From positions 3,474,001 through 3,538,000 of the forward strand of contig NC_087251.1 in the NCBI RefSeq assembly GCF_037042905.1: 64,000 nt of DNA, read 5' to 3'. Each line of letters starts with the position of its first letter. Within the stretch, counting starts at the first letter, position 1. Positions 51,704 through 64,000 of this stretch are shown in pieces. Under the pieces are notes generated by a model that searched no databases, was not told the DNA's origin, and saw only the letters and a program-made list of their open reading frames with translations. The DNA comes from Lytechinus pictus (Eukaryota). Position numbers and translations under genes: made by a program.

Positions 51704-52050
51704 GTGGGTGTTTCATAAAGCTGCTTGTAAAGTTACGCACAACTTTACAAACGACTGGAACATGTTCTTATGTCCTTAATGAATGACATAGGGATGTATC
51801 ATCTAGCACAAGAAGAGGTCACCAGTGGTGCCTTAAGTCAATCGTATTTTACGAACAGCTTTATGAAACACCCACCATATTGGGTGTTTCATAAAGCTGT
51901 TCGTAAATTTACGCACAACTTTACGTACGACTGGAACATGATCTTAGGTGCTAAAGTGAGCTACATAGGGATGGTGTGGCACAAGAAAGGGTCACAGTCG
52001 TGCGTAAAGTCTTTCGTAACTTTACAAACAGCTTTATGAAACACCCACCT
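51704..52050. mobile_element. Two adjacent ~170-bp MITEs
   Basis: Each bounded by gggtgtttcataaagctg ... cagctttatgaaacaccc. Confidence 0.75.
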
Positions 52051-52221
52051 GGTTTAAGCGCATAACTTATCAGCAGTGCAGAGCATGGAATAACAGCTTT
52101 ATGAAACACCCACCTGGTTTAAGCGCATAACTTATCAGCAGTGCAGAGCATGGAATAACAGCTTTATGAAACACCCACCTGGTTTAAGCGCATAACTTAT
52201 CAGCAGTGCCGAGCATGGAAT
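52027..52221 (+). repeat. 3 x 65-bp tandem repeat
   Basis: Units start at 52027, 52092 and 52157 and are almost identical. Confidence 0.92.
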
Positions 52222-54872
52222 CTAAACTAAGGAAAACAACTTGACCCTACCCTTTTCCAACAACTCTCTGATTGATCATAATGAAAGGAACACACTATTT
52301 GGGACATATACCTCATTGTATTGCATTCCACATGATAATTGCTGTCCAATTGATCGAAAGTAAATCACATAATAAATCATGCATTTTATGAATATTGCCC
52401 GCTGCAGAATTTTTACACGTAAACAATGGGAAAACCAGGAAGAGGACAAAGTGGCTCATGTTTACAACTTGGTCTCGGATTAAAAGAGGCATGTGAAATA
52501 TGACTTTTTCCTAAAATACTGTGTAGAGTAATGATTATTATTTCATTTGTTTTAAATATTATGCAGGTGCCATCGGCCGCAGTACTTCAGGACAGGATGT
52601 GTTATAGTTGCTCAATCATGGAATTGACACCAACTTGTCTTGATAGGCTGTCTTATTAATGTAGATGCAATGGAACCAATCACATTGCCCGCTGATATGT
52701 TTCGTGTGATTTGACCAACTCATCGAACAGTTAACATTTAACAGTAACCAACTTGTTAAGAAATCTGATCAAGTCTTAAGTCGAACTCTAAGCAAGGCAT
52801 GATTAACGGTTCGGAAATCTTATCAACAAGATTTATAATGACCATAATAATTGAAATTCACTTTTTTTATCAGAACTGTTTTCATGATTATCAAATGACT
52901 TAGAGAATGTATATGTAATGTTGAGGTTTAATGATATACCTTGGTCTAATATTTTGATGAATTCAATAGATAATAAACCTCTGTCAAGGTGATAAAACCA
53001 ACTGTCTTTAGGCCTTAGGTAATCTGAATGAAGTCAACTGCCCATAGCTGAGCAAGTGATAGTATGTCTCTGAAAGGGGATCATTTGTCTTATTATATAA
53101 AGGGAGAAAAGGGAGCCTCCCTAACTGCCCCGTATGACATTAACAGCAAATATAATAATTATGATCAAATCAACCTAGGAAAGCATTGTTGAGTATTTGT
53201 TATGGCTTCCTCCCTTAACATTTGATAGTTGATAATCCATAGTGCAACACACTTTTATTTAACATGTAGTCAAATGACTGAATAGATCACTTAAACAAAG
53301 ACAGTCATTATCAAATTTGAAATTAATATGTTGAGTTTTATATTGAGTTAAAATGAGATAATTGGAAGGAAATATTCTTAATATCTTTTCTGGAGTCTCT
53401 CTTTATTTTGTAAATCTGTTTCCATTTAGCCATTCTGTAAAACCTCTGCTTTGCATCCTTCTACTTTTACAACATGTACACATTTTAATCTGACATATGA
53501 GAATCCACCGAATTGGTAATGGTGTCAGAGCTCTTCAGTAGTAATGTTTTGTGTTTTCCATATGCATGTAGAATGAAATTTATAGCTAAATTTGACATTA
53601 ATCATGCAGTCCTTTCATTGCTTACAGATGAAGTATAGCAAACTACCCAAACTGATATGTAAAGTTGTTTTTTGTTTCGTATTCTGTGAATAAGATTTGT
53701 TCTATGCTATCTGTGCTTCAGTACTAATGAGAAAACCAAAGTTTTCAAATACGTCACAGGGATAATCAAAGGGGTCATGAAAAATTCATCACTATTTCAG
53801 TTTCTTATATTATTTCCCGTTGTGATACTTCTTTGAGACCTATGGTAATTATATTCCATACATGTGTACAACATTCAATTTTAATATCTCAGTAAATATA
53901 TTTGTTAGCAATTCTTAGAAAAGAATTCCTTGTAACAGTCAGACTGCAGGTCCCAAGAAAGTGGCTTGTTTCATCCAAGTGATATTCATGACTTGAGATG
54001 TTTTGCATATTTAATGAGCTTGATGCGGACCAAAACACCTCTTTTCATTCGGTCATTGCTGCTCTAATTGTGCATCGAATTTCATGAATTTGGTACCATT
54101 GTAAAGAAGAAGAATCATTCTTTCAGGTCATGTGTTTGGATTTATTCAAAGATTTTGTAATATAGGTTAATATTTTGATCTAAAATATGCTACAAAATAA
54201 ATATTTTCACCTGACAAAAGCTGCTATTTTCACACTTTATTTTTGTTTGAGCCCAAATGATTTTTATATCATGATAAAGCTGAATATGTATGCTTTGAAA
54301 TGATATAGGTTTCAAAATAAGAATTGGTTTAATCGGGTCAAGATCACACTTTTCATTTGCCAAGTACATAAAGCAGCTTGAAAACAAGAATACTGCACTC
54401 TGATTGGTCAAAAAGACCACACAATGGCAAATTCCAACGGTTCCAGTGCCTGGGTTCGTGGGAAGGTCACACTTCCCATGTGGTAATCTCCTCAAATACC
54501 CCGCGCCTGTTGTTCTGTGAACCTTATCCAGCCAATCAGAACTCTGGATTTCATGCAAGTACAAAATTTCAGAAATCTTGTCTTGTACCTTGGTAGGAAA
54601 AGTGTGATCTTGACCCGATTAAAAGGTGCCGCATATCAAGAGTGGCATTGTGAGAAAGTACAGAAGTTCAGCTTTATGTTGATATAGATATCATTGAGGC
54701 TCAAAATAAAAAGTTTTGCACAATTTGCAAAAGAAAACAGAGGAAGAAAATTCAGTATTGAGGCACATTTTCAGGCCAGAAATTTACTTATTTAACAAAA
54801 TATTGTGTTTTCTTTTTTTATCAGCTATTTATTTTTTTAGCTCTATATTGGGGCCAATGTCTATAAAGTCTG

Positions 54873-55191
54873 TGGCCCGTATTCTGAAGTTAAGTTTAAG
54901 ATAAACTTTATTTTAAAGTTGTGGTTTAATTATGGATAGCCAATAGTGGCATAAATTTCTAACAGTAGGCCTATATTTTCACTAAATCAGCTCACTTTTC
55001 TCCCAAATCATTCTTAACTGTTTCAGAATGATAAATGAGATAGCCTTCTTCTAATTCACAAGCTAGGAAAGAGCACAGTAGACATAAGAAACATCCAATG
55101 TCAGGAAAATTTTGACATTTTTGGCTGTCCATAAATTTAGCACAGAGTTAGGCCATGGTCTAAGTAAAAACCGATTTCAGAATACGGGCCA
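54873..55191. mobile_element. MITE (Harbinger-like ends)
   Basis: TIR TGGCCCGTATTCTGAA / TTCAGAATACGGGCCA. Confidence 0.7.
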
Positions 55192-56894
55192 ATACCGGTA
55201 AGTCTTATAATCCTAAAGTGATGGCACATAAATTTGCTTTATGATAAATAAAAGTATACAAAAGATGTCTTGAAAACTATTCACTATCTCAACTAATTGC
55301 TTTTATTCATTTTATCAGAACAATAGACCATTTCTGACTTACCCCATGGAGAAGTTTGTTCAAATATTTCCTTTCTTCTATTTCTTCTAATTTCAAAGCA
55401 AAATATTATATATGCATGCTTGACATAGCAGGATGCAGATATTCAATAGCCCAAGTGAACAGAATAGCACGTCAATTGTATTTTGCCAACTGTTAAATCA
55501 AGTGGCTAATGGACGCATTGTTGCTTTTCAGTGGATCTCATGAAAAGCACAATTAATGGGAATATATAAACAATCAAGACATCAAAGATGGTGCTTATCT
55601 CAATGAATATTATACCACCATGCCATTTGAGTTCAAATGACCCTCTGATCATTATGTAGAATGGAACTATGAACTAATTAGATAAGCATGTGAATCCATT
55701 GGCGGATCATGTCATTTACCAGTCACTTGCCATTAGTAACATTTGTCGTGATCGTTGAATTGTCATTGAAATACTAGGTGCAATTATTTCAGATTGCTGA
55801 ATTTAACCTTAAACAAGGTTAATTCTTCCCCTTTTCCCATTATTTTAATAATAAACTTTGAAAGATATTGTAATTTTTGTTTGGTATCCTCAGTTTTCGT
55901 AAATGAATGGAATACTCTTTAGTGTATTATTATAGTATAGCTAGCCATTCCTTCTAATTATCTTCAATCACCTTTATGAAGTGAAGTACTTAAAATGTTG
56001 GAAGCTAATGTATATTTTCAAATCATATATTCTTGAAATTGGGGTACTTAGATTTGAGAAATACCTGTTTTATCCCTCATATGTGTAAAAGAATAATTTA
56101 TATGCTGTTTAGATATAGTGTGATATTACTGCTTGACTTTTGACATGAAATATTAAGTTACATTGAAATTTGACAATGTTATATTTATTTGATATTTTAT
56201 GTTTTACTTTGGCAGCTCTCCTCTGCAGTCAAATCTTAAGGGAAAATGCATATGGAGATCTTGTATAACAATGACATTTAGAGAGATCTGAAACTTCTTT
56301 GACATAATTGGGAAGACACAGTTTGTTATGTTATGTAAGAAGTACAAGGATGGTGAAGCCCTTTCCATTTCTGGTAAGATCTCATAAGCGACTTTGCCTA
56401 GTCTCTTGTTTTTAGCTAGCGAGTAGCAAGAAAAAGGCAAAAATAAGTTCCTTCAATTTTTCTCCTGATCAAGATGATTAATAAACAAATCAGAGATGAA
56501 AAGAGTTCCAGTTTGACATTTCAAAAAGACTTGTTATAACAAATACTTGTACACAAGTTAAAAAACAAGTTTATTATCAGCTGATTGAATTAAGCGACTG
56601 TTGTTTCAAAATTTTTATTGTAACAAGTCTTAGTATATAGGTCCCAGACCTATCATAATCCAGAAATTAATTCATGCGAGCTGTTATACTTTGAGTCCAC
56701 TGTTTGTGTAGTATTAAGCAAATAATAACCATTGGTGAAGGTGATGGGCAAACCATCACTTTCGAGGCGAGCTGGATGTAGCGAAGCGAAGCTGAGGAAA
56801 GATAGCCACATCCAGCTTGCCATCACTTGAAATCAAGAGGTGATTATAGGCTTTATATTCCACATCTGGAACCACTATAGTGAAGAAACAGATA

Positions 56895-57070
56895 CCAGTG
56901 TGTTGACTCGGTCTTACCGGGAGGTCGTGAAATCAAACCCAGGCCACGTCAGACCAAAAAGACGTTAAAAGATGCGAGTTGCTGCTACCCTGTCTAGGGC
57001 TGCACAGTGGCTGTCGGGCCCATGATCAATTGGGCAAAACAAATTTTTGAGTATTTCTGTTTCTGATTTC
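56895..57070 (+). mobile_element. Degenerate SINE relic
   Basis: B-box-like aaatcaaaccc followed by gtcagaccaaaaagacgttaaaa..gttgctgctaccctg body. Confidence 0.4.
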
Positions 57071-59073
57071 TGATAAAATGATGATTTTTGATTTTCAATT
57101 TTTCAATATTCATACGTCTCTACAAGAAGAAGTTTTATTTTAAAAAAATCATGATTTCCTTTGGAAAAAAAAAAACTATTGTGCTTGTTTTACTGCTAGC
57201 GCGTATGTATACTGCGCATGCTCATCTAGACCTTGCGACATTGTCACTGTTTGGATGGAGAATTAATGAGAATGATGGAACAAAAAATAGAATGACAACG
57301 ACCTCTTCATTTCGCGCATACTCAAACTAATTTATTATGTGTTATGACCATATTGGGTGAAAAGATCGGTGAAACACAAAAGTTCCATCACTGCGAGTGA
57401 TGATTGATGGGGAAACTACCCTTTATCACGGGAATGGCGTCTGACCAATTTTATGGCAAGGGTCTAATTTATGCGGAATACAAATTAATATAAATAAACT
57501 GGGCTCAGATGCTTAAAACAAAGCAACAATCAAGAAATCAGCACTGTGACAAATGCGTGCATTTATTATAGGACCTTCTTTTAATGATATTTGCTGAATC
57601 AAGCATGAATTGATGCATAATGAGATACGTACACTTCATAGTTTAAATCATGGTTGTAAAATCACCCTTATTGATGATGGGAACATTGAGTTAGTATGTA
57701 TGGATTTCTTATTTCTCATTGTAAATATATTATTGTTAATAATATTATTACCTGTAGGTGTGTGTATGTGAAATAGTATTCATGTGACAGTACAACTGCC
57801 TCTTAAGTAAAGATAGCTATAAAGTTCTCCACCGTGTGATGTATATTGTTTTTTCTAGCTTAAAGCTGTGTATAGTTTATTAATATATACATTGAAATTT
57901 TATGATTATCAATTATGTGGTGCATTTGAATAGTGTTATATTATGATGGCATGATATTGTAGTGCAAGCTGTTCAAAATCTGTTTCTGTACTTGCTTTTT
58001 GATAAACAGTAGCTGAAAATATTTTACTTCTATTTCAACTTGTACTGTGAGATTCCCTCAGTTTGATGCTATTTTTCATGAATCAACCAATTACTAATTG
58101 ATGTAATTTGCAAAGGGAGAAACGGTACGCTGTGACAAAACAGCTGACAATCTGTGCATCTGTTAAAGGGAAGTTTCTAATGAAGTGTTCTCTGTTTAAA
58201 ATCTTAACGTCAGTAAAGGTGAGCTGTATTATCAAATTTGTTTATTGTCAATTTAGGGAAGTAATCCACTGACCATTTTGATGAATTTACCTGTACTTCA
58301 ACTGTTTGGTTATCCTCTAGCAGGTTTAGACATTTTTAATCATTCATTTCCTTTACCTAAAGTGAAAATCCCAAAGAATATGGTATCAATGAAGCTATTT
58401 TTTATTGGTGGTGTGGGGCTTAGATCTACCTATTTTTGTTCTTCAACTTGAATTCATTTCTGTGAGTATGGATGCATTACTATGAATTTGGAGTGCTTGG
58501 TGTACACATGCATATTCATAGGAGAAATGCCACCATTGTTGTAAAATAAAGAATGACTATAACTAATAATTATAGTGAAATCAGATGTATGCAGTAATCT
58601 TTCTTTTGGTGCTCTTCACTTACAAATACATTTTCCATCAAAATTAGTATTTATGATTTCAATTATTGAAAAATTCGATTTCAGTTTGTTTATATTTTGT
58701 GTGGATAACAATATTTCCTGTGTAATTTATCTTTCCATTTTATAATGTAAGTGGTTAATGACCAATCTCTTATTAAATGTATTTTGATGTCTTTATTACT
58801 TGGCATGACATGCATTTGTTAACATCATTTTTAATTACCCATTTTGTTAATGTCATTTTCTTGCATTATATTTCTTGATTATAAACAGGCAAATAGAAGA
58901 CACATAGCTTAGATAATCAAAATTATACTGCAAACTAGTAAAGAAGTATTATGCGAGAATGCATGTCAGAATTTTACATGGATGGATATTGTTTTTATCC
59001 AAGTCATGCTGAGCTTTAATTATTTCTGTTTTTCTAGTGGAAATAATTTTGGAAATGCAAGGTTCATGTTATA

Positions 59074-60926
59074 CAAGGCTCCACATTAACTTTTTTTGGT
59101 GGTGGCCCGTTCGGGCCACCAAAACCATCAAATAATTTTTTTTGGTGGCCCGATATTAAAGTTTGGTGGCCCGAAAAATATAAAGAAACACATTAAAAAG
59201 TAATAAAACAAGCTTCTGAAATATTAATTCTGCAGCCACTACCACTAAGTTACTTTCACTTTATCATCTTGTATGTAAACCTTGTTTGCTGTTATTTTAC
59301 TTTGCTAATTGGCTTGTGGTAAAATATGAATTGTTTCTATCGTAAAAATTAAATGATTGAAAGAGAATAAATGAATTTATTGTTCGCAGGTTGTGTGGAC
59401 TTTTTTTTTATCTCCGTATAGACACACACTCATATTGGTAAAGTAAATAAATAGTGCATAGCAAACTTAGATAGATGTACAAAACAATGGTTTTTCATTT
59501 CTTCCTCTTTGAATCCTAAAACCTAGATTATGCAGGCCCCAAATCCAGTTTATTTCTGTTTTCTCTTTTGCAGCATATTATAGCAGGAGAAAATCACAGA
59601 AAAATATGCTGCAAAATTAGAACAATGCATAAAAGGGGGAAACAAATGAAAATAATTTTCAAAAAGTATATTACCAAAAGAAAACAAAAATAATAAAAGA
59701 AATAAGTGAAATAAAACAAAAGAAAGAAAATGAAGAAAGAAAAAACAAAGAACAGGGAAAAAAAAAAAAAATTTAGAGAGAAAAAAAAGAAAAGAAAGTG
59801 AAAGAAAAATGAATAAAAGAAAATTAATATAAACATGGGGAAAAGGGTAAAATTAAAAAGCCATTACGAATATTTTTTAACAGCTGTGGCAACAGTCTAT
59901 TCTGACTGGAATATAATTAAAAGCCAAGCAAATAATTTTCACTTACCTTCTGGAAATGGCACATTTCTATTTTTATATCCTTTTGTTTATATTATTTTAT
60001 TTTCAGTAGAAACATATTTTTTAATCAGGCATATTCAATGGGAAGAGGTATAAATGGTTTAACCACTGTAAAAAAATAAAAGAAAAAAAATAAGAAGAAA
60101 ACGGCAAAAGTTATATCTGGAAAAAAAGTGTGAGAAAAGTCCTTCCCTATATTTGCCAAAATGTTGGAAAAATTCACATTTCATATCAATGAAATGCCTT
60201 CCCAAAGTATTTACTTTCTCAAGAGTGGTTTAAGAAGTCATATTTATAAACAAGAAAGAAAGAAACTGCCTGTTTATTTTTGGCTAGAAAAGACACAGCT
60301 TCGAAAGAAACCAAGTATCAACATACATACAAATGCACACGTGGGACTGTGATGTACTTGCCTATGTGTTTTTATGTGTATTAATTCATTTGGAAATCGG
60401 TCTTTTGTAGTCAAAAGAGAGGTCATAATTCCTCTTCTTAATGCTTGCAAATAATCAGGGTACACCAAATTTTTGTAATATAGACTGTAGAATGTCATTT
60501 CATTGGTGTAAAATGTGACTTTGACTCAGATTTTCAAAGTTCTGTGGAAGATTTCTTAGCAGCCACTTTTTTTATCGCAGCTCCATCTAGAGCACAACTG
60601 TATGCAGTGGCTTCATGCAAAGCTCACGCCAGCCGGCTGGCTGGATAATAGCTACTGTATGCTATAGCTGTAGGCCTAATATGCAAACTTTGTGTGTGTG
60701 TATTTGTGTGTAGATCAACAAAAAGGGCGCATGACGAACTGGGTTGCAATTTGAACTGTAGAAAGTTGATAAATGCGTGCAAAATCGGGGGAAAAATTGC
60801 GCTACTTCGAAAATTATTGGTTGCCCGATTCGGGCCACCAAAACTTAACATTTTATCAATAATGGTTGCCCGAGGTGAATTTCTGGTGGCCCTGGGCCAC
60901 CGGGCCACCGCTAATGTCGAGCCTTG
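59074..60926. mobile_element. Non-autonomous TIR element with apparent 7-bp TSD
   Basis: TIR CAAGGCTC(C/G)ACATTA; flanks TGTTATA on both sides; subterminal GGTGGCCCG/CGGGCCACC repeats; A-rich core. Confidence 0.8.
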
Positions 60927-61011
60927 TGTTATATCTACAATGCTTCATGTTCTTTTACTTCTAAGAACATTCTGTAAACCGAGAAAACAGTGTTATCTCA
61001 CCTTAGGGCTC

Positions 61012-62112
61012 AACTTCCATTGAAGAGTGGACACCATCCACACAAAAAAACATGAAAAAGGGGTGTTTTTCAGGGGTAGGTATGGAATGCTAATAGTATA
61101 AAAATGCCAAAAATGAGAAAAATCCCCCTAAATTATGACTCCTTACGTGATACGTGAATAGGGTAGGTAATCTGCACAGACTGTTGGGCCTACTGTAGCA
61201 AGACACTTTATGCCATCTCGATTAAAAGCCCCCCAAAAGTTAAAATTTAAAGGAGAATGAAACCCTTGAAACCAGCTGAATCCATATCAAAGAGAAAAAT
61301 CAAAGAAACATATTGTTGAAAGTTTGAGGAAGATTGAATGAATAATAAGAAAGTTATGAGCATTTGAATATTGAGATCACTAATGCCATGTAGATCCCCT
61401 CATTGGCAATGCGATCAAGATCTGTGATGTCACACACGTACAACTCCCTCATTACTTTAGTACTTATTTCACTTATATTCTCACTTTTACAGAGTCTATC
61501 ACAAGGTGAGGTGTTCTCTTTATGAGAGAGTACAGAGGTTTCACAAGTACAGAGGTTTCACAACATTATATCATTGATGAATCGTTTGTCATATGATTAG
61601 AATGAGCAAAAAGAGATGTTTTGGGGTATATTTTCAGTGTCCAAAAGGGGAGAGTTGTTCATCTGTGACATCATCGATCTTGGTCGCATTGCCAATGGGA
61701 GGATCTCCATAGCATTAGTGATCTCGACATTCAAATGCTCATAACTCTTCTATTGCTAGTCCTATTTTACTCAAACTTTTGTTGATCTTATTCTTTGATT
61801 TTTCTGCTTTCACAAAAGCTAACTTGCTCCAAGAGTTTCATTCTCCTTTAAAATGGAATCCCTAACCCCACATCTCAATCCTAAACCTTTTCAAATCCCC
61901 ATCAATATATAGGCATACACAGCGCATAGCGCTTGTGTAAAATTGGGAATATGCTGGTTTATGTCCAAATAAGTAATGAAACCCCTGGTGTGCAAATATA
62001 GGACATCGGCACACAATCCTTGTTTAGGGTGCCCAAGTGGCCTAATCCTGGGTTAGGGTGCTTTTTTCACTAAGATGATTCTCAAGGATGCTGTCCACTC
62101 TTCAATTGAAGT
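61012..62112. mobile_element. Older MITE enclosing Kolobok-like copy 2
   Basis: Inverted ends ttccattgaagagtggacaccatcc / ggatgctgtccactcttcaattgaa. Confidence 0.55.
61251..61847. mobile_element. Kolobok-like TTAA MITE, copy 2
   Basis: TTAA-flanked; near-identical to 36411-36993 apart from a short internal duplication (agtacagaggtttcaca). Confidence 0.9.
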
Positions 62113-62199
62113 ACCTCCATCCCGAAGCTTGTTGTATCAAAGATCCCTGGGTCCATCAGGAACTGTAATGTTAATAAAGGCAGAATATAGATTATTTTA

Positions 62200-62780
62200 A
62201 GGCAAATCCAACCTTTGTCATAAAATGTGTTGGAAAAGAGAAAAATAAGAAAAACAGAATTGTGAAAGTTTGAAAGAAGTCGCATAAGCAATAAGAAAGT
62301 TGTGGCTGCTTTAAAATTGAGATCCCTAAGAATATGTAAATTTCAAATTGGCAACTGGGTAAGTAAATTATGACAAGGGACAAGGACAATTTTCCCATTG
62401 GACATTTATGATTATCATGATTTTTTCTTTCTTCAAGTACATATTCTCTTGTGGCAGTAATCAAAATATAACCCAGGTAGCGTATTTTATATCCTCATGA
62501 AAGATAAATACAATTTGAAGTTAAACTTATGAAAAAAAGAAGGCTTTTTAGCCATTTTATATATTCTAGTTAGTGGAAGAGTAGCCTCCTTGCCTTACAT
62601 CAATATGACATCACAAATGTGGCCAATTTGAAGTCTTCATAGGTATAGTGATTACCGGTTTTTACAACTTTTAAAATTCATATCTTATTTGTCCGATACT
62701 CAAACTTTCACACATCAACTTGTCTGATTTTTTTCTTTTTCCTCTAAAAACAACTTTTTATTTGGGTTGGACTCCACTTT
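62200..62780. mobile_element. Kolobok-like MITE, reverse relative of 41753-42789 without the RTE
   Basis: Shared segments (ttggcaactgggtaagtaaa..acaagg(g)acaaggacaa) in reverse; TTAA at both ends. Confidence 0.65.
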
Positions 62781-64000
62781 AAGTGTGAATGATTTGTATT
62801 TAAAAAGCAAATGTGTGTTTATACGTTCCCGCTTTTCTAAAAGTGAAAAAGTAGTGTTGGTCCTTTCTGGAGATGGTAAGCAACTCTATTTTGTATTCAA
62901 AACCTACTGGTTCAATGTTATTTACTTAAGAATGTAAATACGGTTAATGTATTTTGTTTTATTTCAATTGTAATAGATTTCTGAAATATTGCAGGTACTT
63001 TATGACATGGTTTTGACTTGAATGAAGAATATTAAAAGAACATATTTTTCAGGATTTCAAACAAGATTTTATTGCTTGAATGATTGTAGAAACAACAATA
63101 CACTTTTATATTTGAATGCCTACCAAGTATGGTAATAATTGCTGTATTGCATCTGTTATTGAGCTTTTCCAGCTGCCATTGTATTTCATGCATAGGCTAA
63201 GAAAATACCATACGTTGCTATATCTCTTCGTAATTAATGTTTCTCTATAGAAGTGAAATGTTGTAGCATTTGAGCATATATGTTTATAATAAAGCTTGTT
63301 TGATTCATGTCTAAAAATGGAAAATAGTCTTCGGTTAAAGTTATAGAATACTCATATAGGTTATCTTGAAATTCTTTTTCCTTGATACTGAATGTTAAGA
63401 TATTGACATTTATTATTTGTAATGATTGAAATATTGATTGTGGGGTGGGGAATTGGAATATAATTGCTTTTATTTTGAGGTCACTTATACTCAGTGTGAT
63501 GTTTCATCTCAATTAGTGATGCTATATTTTTCTGATATATTTGAGTTTTGATTAGGCAGAAATTGGCGAATGTAATGTAAAATGTAGCGCTCAGTGAAGA
63601 TATTTATTTTCCATCATGTAGCAATTAAACTCAGGATTTCATTAGGTGTATATGTTGCAATAATAATATGAATTAAACGAATGTCTGGAAAATGCAGATT
63701 CCATGTGTATTGGACATGTTATTGTTGAGTCTTGTGTGATATTTCATTTTTTAGGAGAGCATGGAGATGTTAAATGAGTTGATCAAGTAATGAACTGTAT
63801 GATGTGAGGTGTGATCTGTTTTGTGTGCAAGTACTGAGTTTTACATGTGGCTTCATCCTGGTGTTGCTGTACAATCATTCACATTTCAATTATCATAAAT
63901 CCTGATGACTATATGCTGCAACCAGTCTGCTAATGTGTGAAGATACTGTTTTATTATAATTATACATATCATGTCTCATGACGAAAACCTCCATTTGAGA

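Noticed and set aside
52027..52221. CRISPR array
   Set aside because: The apparent spacers are identical; it is a simple tandem triplication.
59594..59836. Phe-rich membrane protein ORF
   Set aside because: Reverse translation of an A-rich tract inside a transposon.
52560..64000. Additional protein-coding gene at the right end
   Set aside because: No recognisable exons found; the AT-rich sequence with AATAAA sites (~58545, ~63288) is compatible with 3' UTR or intergenic DNA, but I cannot define its limits.

Overview
AT-rich, intron-containing animal genomic DNA. The repeat complement suggests a marine deuterostome such as a sea urchin (inference). There is no prokaryotic content, CRISPR array or RNA gene cluster. 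Two host genes are arranged head-to-head around a GC-richer interval at about 14.7-15.9 kb. On the minus strand are the first two coding exons of a VRK (vaccinia-related kinase) gene, which continues off the left edge and is absent from the ORF track. On the plus strand is an apparently complete 12-coding-exon PPP1R37/LRRC68-like PP1 regulator (RVxF motif plus RNI-type LRRs; about 821 aa as I splice it, 16789-48331). Introns and flanks are packed with mobile DNA: a decayed PHD-ORF1 CR1 LINE, RTE and CR1 fragments, tRNA-derived SINEs, non-autonomous hAT elements with 8-bp TSDs, TTAA (Kolobok/piggyBac-type) and Harbinger MITEs, Helentron-type tandem-repeat elements, and several nested stacks. 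Two signals stand out. First, TACATGTA is strongly over-represented, and aligned repeat copies show it arises by insertion at a TA, as expected for Tc1/mariner excision footprints. Second, a 2.8-kb palindromic Academ-like element carries about 19 RFX X-box-like motifs.
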